In this document: positions 1 to 8,894 of the stretch, piece by piece
Layout of the letters: each line of letters begins with the position of its first letter
How positions within the stretch are numbered: the first letter of the stretch is position 1
Assembly: GCA_001779195.1 (NCBI GenBank)
Contig: MFJL01000041.1
Location: 16,881 to 80,880, forward strand
Source of the DNA: Candidatus Gottesmanbacteria bacterium RIFCSPHIGHO2_02_FULL_39_11
Lineage (GTDB): Bacteria > Patescibacteriota > Microgenomatia > 2-02-FULL-39-11
Direction of reading: 5' to 3'
DNA length: 64,000 nucleotides
Notes under the pieces: generated by a model
Database searches by the model: none
Told to the model about the DNA's origin: nothing
What the model saw: the letters and a program-made list of their open reading frames with translations, nothing else
Position numbers and translations under genes: made by a program

Positions 1-1
1 T

Positions 2-1186
2 GCTATTTTTCTGGCTCTTTTGCCGAATTACTTCGGATATCTTCATATAAACATGAAGGATATTCCCAACGCGTTTTTTTTCTCGCTCTCTCTTTATCTT
101 TTTTATAAACTCACACAAAAACAAACCGTTAGACGGCTTATCTGGGCGGCAATTTCTTTTGCAGTTGCTTTTAATACGAAGATAAATTCCATTTTTATTC
201 CGGTTATTTGTGTAGTTTACTTTCTTTTAAGTCACTTACAGAAGATAGGGGAAATGAGGGGGATATTGGGAATATGGGAGAAGAATAAAAAGGTAATTTT
301 ATATTTTGTTCTTGCACCTCTTGTCGCTTTTCTTCTGTGGCTTCCTTTCTGGAAAAATCCTATTTCTAAACTCGCTGAGATTCCCCGGTTTTATTCCAAT
401 AATACGTATAGAATGCCTGTTTTATTTTTTGGAAAAGTTTACCACTCAGGAGTTAATATTCCTTTTGGGTATCCTTTTATTTATATAGCAATTACAACAC
501 CTCCAGTTATCTTAATAGGGTTTTTAATCGGACTGATGGTATTAGTTAAATCTGTTATTAAAGGTGAAAAGAGGGTCGAAAGCCTTTTTTTAATAGTATG
601 GTTCTTTCTTCCCCTTATCCGTTATTTCAGTCCCACAGCCGGTGCAATTGACGGAGTAAGACACTTTATGGAAGTAGTCTATCCTCTCTCTTGTATCGCG
701 GGAATAGGAGTTGAATCGGCAATAAGTTACCTAAGCGTCTTAGGTAACTTAAAAAAATTGGGAATAATAGGACTCATTCTGATCTGTCTTTTTGTTCCCA
801 TCATTCATTATCATCCATACGAAACAAGCTACTTTAATTTTCTCATCGGGGGAGTCAGAGGCGCATCTCTCCAATTTGACATAGATTTCTGGGGAACTCC
901 CCAAAAAGAAGCAATGGAATGGTTGAATAAAAACGCCGCACCTAATTCAAAAGTTCATATTGTCATGGCTCAGAGTTCTGCTGCGGTATACCTTCGGAGT
1001 GATATGTTAACATATGCCAATACACTGCCCTTTGGTCAAAGTGATTATGTTGTACTTCTAAACCGAGAATCATTTTTTTCTCTTTATGGAATTAATTCTT
1101 TTAAAGATAAAAAAATTAAAGATAATAAAGTTGTATTTAAAAAAGAAATAGACGGTATTCCTCTTGTATGGATTTTCAAAAAATAA
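2..1186 (+). CDS. GT-C family integral membrane glycosyltransferase (ArnT/PMT-like), 5'-truncated by the window edge. The open frame runs to position 2, and the listed start at 20 is a TTG.
   Basis: No in-frame stop upstream of 20. Many hydrophobic helices and a periplasmic-type C-terminal domain. Sits beside a divergent GT2 polyprenyl-phosphate-sugar synthase, the typical GtrB/GtrC-style pairing. Confidence 0.55.
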   Translation, partial: AIFLALLPNYFGYLHINMKDIPNAFFFSLSLYLFYKLTQKQTVRRLIWAAISFAVAFNTKINSIFIPVICVVYFLLSHLQKIGEMRGILGIWEKNKKVILYFVLAPLVAFLLWLPFWKNPISKLAEIPRFYSNNTYRMPVLFFGKVYHSGVNIPFGYPFIYIAITTPPVILIGFLIGLMVLVKSVIKGEKRVESLFLIVWFFLPLIRYFSPTAGAIDGVRHFMEVVYPLSCIAGIGVESAISYLSVLGNLKKLGIIGLILICLFVPIIHYHPYETSYFNFLIGGVRGASLQFDIDFWGTPQKEAMEWLNKNAAPNSKVHIVMAQSSAAVYLRSDMLTYANTLPFGQSDYVVLLNRESFFSLYGINSFKDKKIKDNKVVFKKEIDGIPLVWIFKK

Positions 1187-1898
1187 AAGGAATCCTCGGC
1201 AGGAAAAAAAAGTAATCCTTAAACGTTCTGATTTTATTCATTTTACTTTTTCCCCAAACCCGGGGGGTATAGATAATAGGAATCTCGGAAATTCTAAATC
1301 CGCTTTTGTGGGAAATTAAAATAAATTCCAGATACGCAGGATATCCTTTTTCTTTTAACATCTTGCGGATGGCAGATATCGTTTCTGATTTTATCAACCG
1401 GTATCCTGAGGTAGCATCAGATATCGGAAGATCTAAAATCACTTTTAGAAATAAGTTAATGCATCTGCTTATTACCCGTTTCCAAAGACGCTTATCATAA
1501 AATGCTCCTTTTTCAATAAACCGCGAACCGACTACGATATCTGATTTTTTTTCTTTCATATTCTTAAAAAAACTCTGGATTATCTTAGGATCATGGTTAA
1601 GATCAGCATCCATAGTCAAAACATGGGTTGTCGATTTATTTATTTTTTCAAAACCGGTCTTATAAGCCATTCCAATTCCCAAAGGCCTAGTGAAATAATC
1701 TGCTTTGATTTTTTTAGGATATTTTTTTTGAAGCTTTCTAATTTCCATTTTGCTTTTATCATTTCCCTGAATAATAAAAAAAAGCCGGTAAGAGCTGGTT
1801 ATCTTTTTCAGATTTTGAATAAGGTGTGTGGTAAGAGGTTTTAGGTTACCTGCTTCGTTGTATGCTGGGATGACGCACAGTATTTTTATTTTATCCAT
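1176..1898 (-). CDS. GT2 polyprenyl/dolichyl-phosphate sugar synthase (DPM1/GtrB-like)
   Basis: N-terminal CVIPAYNE motif, then VLTMDADLNHDP (the DAD motif) and a PRVWGKSKM tail, as in DPM synthase and GtrB. Confidence 0.8.
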   Translation of the reverse strand: MDKIKILCVIPAYNEAGNLKPLTTHLIQNLKKITSSYRLFFIIQGNDKSKMEIRKLQKKYPKKIKADYFTRPLGIGMAYKTGFEKINKSTTHVLTMDADLNHDPKIIQSFFKNMKEKKSDIVVGSRFIEKGAFYDKRLWKRVISRCINLFLKVILDLPISDATSGYRLIKSETISAIRKMLKEKGYPAYLEFILISHKSGFRISEIPIIYTPRVWGKSKMNKIRTFKDYFFFLPRIPFIF

Positions 1899-1949
1899 AA
1901 AAGTATAGCGTTTATGATAATATAGCGATACCGATCTGGCAAATATACT

Positions 1950-3161
1950 ATGAATATAGGAATGATTTCTTACTGGTCTTCTCCTCTTGCCAGAGTCGGG
2001 GTGTGGGAAGCGGGAGGGATGAATGTATATATTTCAGGACTTTCTCAGGGGTTAATTGATCTTGGTCATAAGGTTGATATATACACCAAATCTCCCAATT
2101 GCAAGGAAATAAAAATAACAAATGTTGTAAAAAATCTTCGAGTCATTCATATTCCCATATACGGGAATTTATACGCAGGAGTACCAACTTTTACTCATAA
2201 AATTGAAGAACTGATCCAAAAAGAAAATATATCCTACGATGTGTTTCATTCTCATTATTTTTACTCAGGTCTGATAGTCGAAAATTTAAAAAAAGACCAT
2301 ATTCCCTGGGTACATAATTCTCATTCATACGGAATTCTGAAAGCCAAAACTATAGGAATAATAGATAAAAAAAGAATTAAGTATGAAAAAGAGATATTTC
2401 AAAGAGCAGACGCACTCATTGTATCTACCTATGCAGAAAGAGAAGTAGTATTGGAAGAATATCCTAAGGCATCGGAAAAGATTTATCTCATATCTCCGGG
2501 AATTGACCATAACATATTTAAGCCTTTAGACAAATACAAATCCCGCCAAAAGCTGAACTTATCCAGAAATAAAATATATATATTATTTGTAGGTAGAATT
2601 GATCCGGTAAAGGGAATACCCTCTCTTATAACCGCAGTACAAAAACTATTGCAAAGTGAGCCAAATTTAAAAAGTAACCTGGAAGTCTTACTAATTGGCG
2701 GAGATATATCTTCTAAAAAATTCTGGAAGCAAAAAGAAGTAAAAATGATAAAAGATCTTATCCAAAAAGTAAATCTTTCTGGCAACATCAGATTTTTGGG
2801 AAGCAGATCAAACACGGTTCTACCTTATTACTACAGCGCCTGTGATATAGTAGTTCTTCCTTCTGTTTATGAATCCTTTGGGCTTGTTGTTCTGGAAGCT
2901 ATGGCCTGCCGCGCATGTGTCGTTGCTTCAAAAGCTGGAGGTCCCGAGTATCTGATACAGGACGGAAAAAACGGACTGTTATTTGACCGCGAAAATACAG
3001 CCCAGCTAAATAGGATTTTAAAAGATCTTATACATAATCCCGGCAAAAGAGAGAAAATAGGCAAAAATGCAGTTACCAGAAGCTTTGATTTCTGCTGGAG
3101 TACCCAAGCTGAAAAAGTGGTGTCTTTGTATGGAAAAATGATGAAACGAACTTCTTATTAA
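1950..3161 (+). CDS. GT4 family glycosyltransferase
   Basis: N-terminal GGMNVYISGLSQGL and C-terminal FGLVVLEAMACRACVVASKAGGPEYLIQDGKNGLLFD (the EX7E-type GT4 motif region). Confidence 0.8.
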   Translation: MNIGMISYWSSPLARVGVWEAGGMNVYISGLSQGLIDLGHKVDIYTKSPNCKEIKITNVVKNLRVIHIPIYGNLYAGVPTFTHKIEELIQKENISYDVFHSHYFYSGLIVENLKKDHIPWVHNSHSYGILKAKTIGIIDKKRIKYEKEIFQRADALIVSTYAEREVVLEEYPKASEKIYLISPGIDHNIFKPLDKYKSRQKLNLSRNKIYILFVGRIDPVKGIPSLITAVQKLLQSEPNLKSNLEVLLIGGDISSKKFWKQKEVKMIKDLIQKVNLSGNIRFLGSRSNTVLPYYYSACDIVVLPSVYESFGLVVLEAMACRACVVASKAGGPEYLIQDGKNGLLFDRENTAQLNRILKDLIHNPGKREKIGKNAVTRSFDFCWSTQAEKVVSLYGKMMKRTSY

Positions 3162-3186
3162 GAATTACCATATTGATAGGTAATCT

Positions 3187-3768
3187 ATGAAATCGACAAA
3201 ACTAATTCTGCTTAGACATGGACAAGTACATAATCCGAAAAGTATTTTATATGGAAGACTTCCCGGGTTTGGTTTATCTGCTAAAGGCCGCGAAGATGTA
3301 CTGAAAGCATACGAAAAATTGAAGAACGAATCTATTGACACAATTTTTATGAGTCCTCTTCTTCGTACCCGCCAGACAGCCAGTATTTTTGCTAAAAATT
3401 TGGGACTTGCGGTCCATACTGATAAAAGACTTATTGAAGTCAAATTATATTGTGAAGGAGTAAGTTTAACTGAGTTTAAATCTGATTTACAGCCTGATTT
3501 ATACTCGGAAGAAAACTATAAAAAAGGACAGGAAAGTGTAGAAGAAATCTCACAGCGCATGAACAGATTCCTATCTTTTATTAAAGAAAAATACCCCGGA
3601 AAAACGGTTCTTGCTGTTTCTCACGGGGATCCGATTATCATTCTCGAGTCTCAAGTTTTAAAGACTCCTTTTACCTGGGAATTTAAAAGAGACAACTATG
3701 TAAATACTGCCTACTATCGTATAATTGAAACAGGAAGGCATGATAAAAAATGGCACGTACGCATCTAG
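3187..3768 (+). CDS. histidine phosphatase family protein (phosphoglycerate mutase-like branch)
   Basis: LLRHGQ catalytic motif near the N-terminus, then RTRQTA and SHGDP. Confidence 0.75.
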   Translation: MKSTKLILLRHGQVHNPKSILYGRLPGFGLSAKGREDVLKAYEKLKNESIDTIFMSPLLRTRQTASIFAKNLGLAVHTDKRLIEVKLYCEGVSLTEFKSDLQPDLYSEENYKKGQESVEEISQRMNRFLSFIKEKYPGKTVLAVSHGDPIIILESQVLKTPFTWEFKRDNYVNTAYYRIIETGRHDKKWHVRI

Positions 3769-4394
3769 CAAAGTCTGTACTTTTTTTTCTAATTTTTCTT
3801 TTTTTAAGCTTTATTACCACCTGGGGAATTTTTGACCGGTTTGACTATTTCTCAATGATTTTTTTACAAAGGATAATTCCGCCGCTTTTTGATATTCCGT
3901 TTGCTCTTTTATCCTTCAGCGGATCAACTGAGATAACGGCTCTTCTTCTTCTGGTATTTTCTTATATTTTTTTCGCAAAGAGAAAAAAAATTCCATTCGG
4001 AATTATTCTTTTTGCCCTGATATTTTTAATTGAGGTAGCCGGAAAGATATTTATTTTCCAGGAACCACCTCCTATCTATCTTCAGAAAAAAGTGATTCCC
4101 TTTATCTTTCCAAGCAGCTCTTTTGTCTTTACACCTTTTTCCTACCCTTCCGGACACATGGCACGGATATGCTTTCTTGCAACTCTTTATTTGACTTACG
4201 CAGTGAAATTTATCCGTGAAAAAAAGAAAATGAAAATTATTTTAGTAGTCGGTATATTCTACCTTTTTATTATGACTGTCAGCCGGATTTATCTGGGGGC
4301 GCACTGGTTTTCGGATGTTTTGGGAGGTGCGATACTGGGCATTTCTTTGGGACTTCTGGCAAATGACCTAATATATGAAAAAAACATCGGATAA
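3750..4394 (+). CDS. PAP2 (type 2 phosphatidic acid / undecaprenyl-PP) phosphatase family membrane protein
   Basis: PSGH and SRIYLGAHWFSDV motifs. Multiple TM helices. Overlaps both neighbours. Confidence 0.75.
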   Translation: MARTHLAKSVLFFLIFLFLSFITTWGIFDRFDYFSMIFLQRIIPPLFDIPFALLSFSGSTEITALLLLVFSYIFFAKRKKIPFGIILFALIFLIEVAGKIFIFQEPPPIYLQKKVIPFIFPSSSFVFTPFSYPSGHMARICFLATLYLTYAVKFIREKKKMKIILVVGIFYLFIMTVSRIYLGAHWFSDVLGGAILGISLGLLANDLIYEKNIG

Positions 4395-5073
4395 ATTCAA
4401 CAATTGTATTAACTCATACCTATACATGGATATTTTGGGAGTTAGTATTAACTGCCCCTACTGGGCAAATCGGATGGAAAATGGAGTTGTAACCGTCCGG
4501 GGGTTTGAAGAGGGAAAAGGGGAGGCGAGTACTATTCAAAATGAAATAATGCGACTTGCAAGCGGGAGTAAAAAAGATAAACCTGAAGGAAAATTGGATT
4601 TTGAAAATATTACTTTTTTGGCAAGAAAAAACAGAATAGGAATTGACTGCTCAGGACTTATTTTCCGTATTATGGAGGCGGTTCTTGAAAAAAAAGATAT
4701 GGACATGATATTTCCTTTAGGAATCAGGAAAACGAATGCGGATATGCTTACCCGTAATTTATATTCACAAAAGATTGACTCTATAAAAGAAATCGCTGTT
4801 GGCGATCTTATACGGCTTAGTTCAGGACATCATGCAGTAATTATTACTCACATAGAAGGTGAGACCGTTAAGTATGTACATTCGTCCTCCCGTACGCAAA
4901 TATCAGGAGTACATACGGGAGAAATGGTTATTAATAAAGGAAGTGAAACAATTGAAAGCCAGGTATGGAAGGAAAAAACTTTTCGGGGCCAGAACTGGAA
5001 GGATAAATATTTTCACGGAGAAGAAGATGGAGTATACCGGAATAAATTCTTATACACTGCCTTAAACCCATGA
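4375..5073 (+). CDS. NlpC/P60-like papain-fold hydrolase. Start uncertain; ATG candidates at 4426 and 4471.
   Basis: Cys in IDCSGLI. His in GDLIRLSSGHHAVII, followed by KYVHSS as a likely third residue. Spacing is typical of NlpC/P60. Confidence 0.5.
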   Translation: MKKTSDKFNNCINSYLYMDILGVSINCPYWANRMENGVVTVRGFEEGKGEASTIQNEIMRLASGSKKDKPEGKLDFENITFLARKNRIGIDCSGLIFRIMEAVLEKKDMDMIFPLGIRKTNADMLTRNLYSQKIDSIKEIAVGDLIRLSSGHHAVIITHIEGETVKYVHSSSRTQISGVHTGEMVINKGSETIESQVWKEKTFRGQNWKDKYFHGEEDGVYRNKFLYTALNP

Positions 5074-6464
5074 TGAAAAAACCTTTTTCACTTGCCGAAT
5101 TTAGGAATAAATCCGTTCATATTGTAGGAGTCACCGGGTCTGAAGGAAGTGCAATCCTGAGATTATTAACACAGGAAAAGTTTAAAAATATTACGGTACA
5201 TGATTACAGTCCTTTGGAATATTCGGAGAGAAGCTTTAAAGTGTGGCACAAGGGTATACCATTGCGTGATCGGAATAACGCATTTAAAATATTTGCACAA
5301 GATATAAAAACAGTTAACAAAAACTTTGGAAATGATTATTTAAAGGAAATTGAATCCGGTGATATTATTTTTGCTCCTCAGTCGTGGAGACTGTATAAAA
5401 GGCAAAATGTCCCGTTGTTAGAAGCACATCAAAAAGGGATTCTATTTTGTTCATTAACTTCCCTGTATCTGGATTTGTCACCTGCAAAAGTTATTGCCGT
5501 TTGCGGAACCGTAGGCAAGGGAAGCGTATCCCACCTAATTTATGATGTTTTAAAAGGAAGTGGCAAGTCTGTGTACTATGGAGGAAATGACACGTGGAAT
5601 ATACAGTCTCTTGAGAATATTACTTCCCTTAGCAGAGAAGATTATTTAGTTCTTGAAGTTTCTCACCGGCAGCTTCAGGAAGGACTACAGAAGGGTCCCT
5701 TTATCGGCGTTCTTACCAATATTTATCCGAATCATTTGGATGAAACAGGCTTGGAGGAATACAAAAAACTGAAATATTCACTTTTTACCTCTCAACTATC
5801 TTCTGATTTTGCCGTACTCAACAATGACTATAAAGATATAAGTGATCTGGCAAAAGAAATAAAATCACAAGCAGTTTTTTTCAGCACTAAGGATTTAAAA
5901 TTGAACACAAAATATGTTCAAATTATTTATGATTATTTTATGAGGAATAAAAGTAATCATTTAATTGAAAATATAATAGCGACAGGCGCAGTACTTGAGT
6001 TATTGAACATTTCTGTTGAACAGACAATTAAAGAAATTTCCAGCTCAAAATCATTACAGGCAAGAATGCAAAAAATTGCAGAAAATGGAGAGATTGAATG
6101 GTATGACGATGTCAAAAGCACAACCCCGTGGGCAACACTAGCGCTTATTAATAAATTGGGTAATAATCTTATCCTTATTATGGGGGGGAAAACTAAGGGT
6201 ATTGATTACAAAGATGCACTAAAAGAAATACAGAAAAGAGTTTTAAAATTAATTATTTTAGAAAGCGAGTTAAGGAGCGAAGCTTCAAAGTATTTAATGC
6301 CGGGAAGCTACATGATTGCCGGTACGTTAAAAGATGCATTAGCCCTATCTTATAAAGAAGCAAAAAAGGGAACAAAAATTGCCGTATCTCCCGGAGCTGC
6401 TTTTTTTTATACCGATTTTATAAAAGGTAAAAGTTCAATAAGACAGATCTTATATAACTTGTAA
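5070..6464 (+). CDS. Mur ligase family protein, MurD-like
   Basis: N-terminal Rossmann-like VHIVGVTGSEGSA. P-loop VIAVCGTVGKGSV. C-terminal domain with DDVKSTTPWAT...IMGGKTKG, resembling MurD NDSKATN...GG. It is not in a cell-wall synthesis gene context, so it may be a paralog with a different substrate. Confidence 0.55.
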   Translation: MMKKPFSLAEFRNKSVHIVGVTGSEGSAILRLLTQEKFKNITVHDYSPLEYSERSFKVWHKGIPLRDRNNAFKIFAQDIKTVNKNFGNDYLKEIESGDIIFAPQSWRLYKRQNVPLLEAHQKGILFCSLTSLYLDLSPAKVIAVCGTVGKGSVSHLIYDVLKGSGKSVYYGGNDTWNIQSLENITSLSREDYLVLEVSHRQLQEGLQKGPFIGVLTNIYPNHLDETGLEEYKKLKYSLFTSQLSSDFAVLNNDYKDISDLAKEIKSQAVFFSTKDLKLNTKYVQIIYDYFMRNKSNHLIENIIATGAVLELLNISVEQTIKEISSSKSLQARMQKIAENGEIEWYDDVKSTTPWATLALINKLGNNLILIMGGKTKGIDYKDALKEIQKRVLKLIILESELRSEASKYLMPGSYMIAGTLKDALALSYKEAKKGTKIAVSPGAAFFYTDFIKGKSSIRQILYNL

Positions 6465-6475
6465 AGGACCGTCCC

Positions 6476-6664
6476 TTACTTTTCTTCTTCAATCGGGGTG
6501 ATGGTGAGAGGATCTAAATCTACAACTTCTGATTCACTGGCACATTTCTGACACTCATAAATTGTCCCAACTTTAATGGGATTTTGGATAACCATAGAGG
6601 AATTACACATCGGACATGCGATAATGATTGCGCTGGTAGAGTTTTTTTGAATATCGGCGATCAT
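6476..6664 (-). CDS. LysW/ArgW-like amino-group carrier protein (zinc-ribbon with an acidic tail)
   Basis: CPMC...ECQKC zinc ribbon. ESEVVDLDPLTITPIEEEK aligns with Thermus LysW (CPECG...CEDCG...ELEVVGLDPL...EEAEDWGE). The tail ends in EEEK rather than a terminal Glu. Confidence 0.6.
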   Translation of the reverse strand: MIADIQKNSTSAIIIACPMCNSSMVIQNPIKVGTIYECQKCASESEVVDLDPLTITPIEEEK

Positions 6665-6692
6665 AGGGTAAAATTAAACCACATTTCTATCT

Positions 6693-7541
6693 ATGAAGCA
6701 ACATAACATTACTATCGGTAATACTCAACTTGCAAATATTGAATCTGTCTATTTCAAATGCGAGTTTGAAAATCCGACCGGATCGGTAAAAGACAGATCC
6801 ATAATAAATCAGGTATTAAATGCTAAAAAGAGAGGATTTAAACTAGCCGTAATTTCCTCATCCGGAAATGCGGCAATTTCAGCCTCTAACTATTGTAAGG
6901 AAGCAAATATCAATTTAACCGCATTTGTTTCGTATCACATAAACTTGGGCAAACTTGAGAAACTTAAAGAATCAGGGACAGACATTATTCAAAGCCAAAA
7001 ACCCATAAGTGATGCGGCATCATTTTCTTTAAAAAATAATGCATATAATCTCAGACAGTCCCTTGATTCTGAGGCAGTATCAGGATATCAAAATATTTCT
7101 TATGAACTTTTAAAACAAATCCCAAATGCAGATGCCATCTTTATTCCGGTAAGTAGCGGGACAATGTTTGTAGGAATTGCCCGGGGATATATGGGATATG
7201 AAGGGCCAGCGTTACATGCGACGCAGACAGAAGCAGTTCACCCCATTTCTCAACAGTTCGATCGTGAGTTTTCTCCCAGTTCTGAAAGTATTGCTGATGG
7301 AATTGTTGCAAAAGTTACCACACGTGAGAGTGAAGTAATTGATCTTATTGAAAAGTCTGACGGGTTTGGATGGGTTATTGGGGATGATCAAATAAAAAAA
7401 GCACACCAGTATTTAAGAGCTTATGGTATTAGAACTTCCTACGAAGGTGCGATGGCTTTAGCAGCAGTTTGGAAAGCAAAAGAAAAAGGATATAGGTATA
7501 AAAGTCCGGTATGCATATTATCAGGAAGTTTTTATGGATAA
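6693..7541 (+). CDS. PLP-dependent fold-type II enzyme (ThrC/CysK/TrpB-like)
   Basis: FENPTGSVKDR, the PLP-lysine motif of the tryptophan-synthase-beta superfamily. Glycine-rich SSSGNAA loop. Short at 282 aa. Confidence 0.65.
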   Translation: MKQHNITIGNTQLANIESVYFKCEFENPTGSVKDRSIINQVLNAKKRGFKLAVISSSGNAAISASNYCKEANINLTAFVSYHINLGKLEKLKESGTDIIQSQKPISDAASFSLKNNAYNLRQSLDSEAVSGYQNISYELLKQIPNADAIFIPVSSGTMFVGIARGYMGYEGPALHATQTEAVHPISQQFDREFSPSSESIADGIVAKVTTRESEVIDLIEKSDGFGWVIGDDQIKKAHQYLRAYGIRTSYEGAMALAAVWKAKEKGYRYKSPVCILSGSFYG

Positions 7542-8854
7542 TGAATTTAATGAATAACAAAACATATATCCAATACCTTTTTAAAGATGATGATTTTTTT
7601 TATGTTACAACAGATGTAAAACGTGCATTAGGGCTTGAAGACATACTCCCTAATTTTCACGTTATTACATCTGTTTATGATCCTCTTATTCCGCTTCTTC
7701 GGAATAAAAATATACACGTTTTTTGTTTGGAAGAAGAAGTTGAAAAAGAGAATATGTCGGTTAAAAGTGCAAGGCAACTTTTTTTCCATCCTAAAGCCCA
7801 AAATTATATTCATAACCAGTCCAGTCGACCTAATATTCTTACTTTTAAGCCGGTTGAAGGAATGGGGGAAGAAAAGGGAGAGGATGGATATGAGTATATA
7901 GGAAACGGAAGAGAGCTTAATGAACAGTTTGAGGACAAGATAAACTTTTACCAGATATTAAAAGACAATTTTAAAGAGAATATGGTTCCCTCTATTATTG
8001 GACAGCTTGCAGAACTGACATACGGTAATATTAGAGATCAGTTAGGAGAGTCTCTCGTTATCCAATTCGGAAAAGGGTGGGCAGGAAATACCAGTTTCGA
8101 TGTAGAAAATGAAAGTGATTTTGAAAATTTGAAAAAAAGGTTTCCTCAAACGCATGTTCGAGTGAGCAAAAGAATTAACGGTAATACATTTTTGAATAAT
8201 TGCTGTATTTATAAAAATACAATATTTCACAGTTCTCCTGCAATTCAGATAAACGGAATTTCATGGCTAAATAAAAATCCTTTGGCAACTTCAGGAAGAG
8301 AATGGGGAAATAAGTTTTTAAGTTCAAAAGAGACAGAAGAAATAAGATTTCTTACCGAAAAAATGGGAAGGCTGCTTATTAAATCCACATACCGGGGATA
8401 CTTTGGACTGGATTTTATTGTGGATTCTGTAACCGGAAAGGTATACGTCTCAGAAATAAATGCACGCTTTACCGCTTCTTGCCCTTTCTATACAAAACTG
8501 GAATTAGGGAGTGAGATTCTGCCGTTATACGTCTATCATTTAGCTGAGTTTTTAGGAAAAGACATTAAAAAAGAATACAGAAGGTATGAGGGCATTGAGG
8601 GATGTGAGGTAAATGGAGAGTTAGACAAAATGTCAAATTTAAGAGTTGGAACATATAAAATAGAAGATGACGGGACATTTGATTTTGAAAATGACTCTTA
8701 TGATCCAGCAAAAATATTAAAAGACGAGGTAGTCTTAATTACAGACCCAAAAAATTCAGTGAAGATCCAAACTAATTATCCACTCCTTGCAAGTCCAGGG
8801 AAATTTCAGGAAAAGTTTGAGAAAATCATCAAAAAGGAGATTATAACGGGATAA
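7541..8854 (+). CDS. ATP-grasp ligase (LysX/RimK-like C-terminal domain with an N-terminal extension of about 170 aa)
   Basis: YRGYFGLDFIVDSVTGKVYVSEINARFTAS ATP-grasp motif. The start codon overlaps the upstream stop as TAATG. The ORF track start at 7511 would overlap the PLP gene by 31 nt. Confidence 0.65.
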   Translation: MNLMNNKTYIQYLFKDDDFFYVTTDVKRALGLEDILPNFHVITSVYDPLIPLLRNKNIHVFCLEEEVEKENMSVKSARQLFFHPKAQNYIHNQSSRPNILTFKPVEGMGEEKGEDGYEYIGNGRELNEQFEDKINFYQILKDNFKENMVPSIIGQLAELTYGNIRDQLGESLVIQFGKGWAGNTSFDVENESDFENLKKRFPQTHVRVSKRINGNTFLNNCCIYKNTIFHSSPAIQINGISWLNKNPLATSGREWGNKFLSSKETEEIRFLTEKMGRLLIKSTYRGYFGLDFIVDSVTGKVYVSEINARFTASCPFYTKLELGSEILPLYVYHLAEFLGKDIKKEYRRYEGIEGCEVNGELDKMSNLRVGTYKIEDDGTFDFENDSYDPAKILKDEVVLITDPKNSVKIQTNYPLLASPGKFQEKFEKIIKKEIITG

Positions 8855-8894
8855 TACTGTATCTGGTATAATTGTAAACTTATTAACAAGCACT

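Noticed and set aside
4859-5065. 68-aa ORF near the 3' end of the NlpC/P60-like gene in another frame
   Set aside because: Fully contained in the longer gene and in a different frame, with no SD sequence. It is an incidental open frame.
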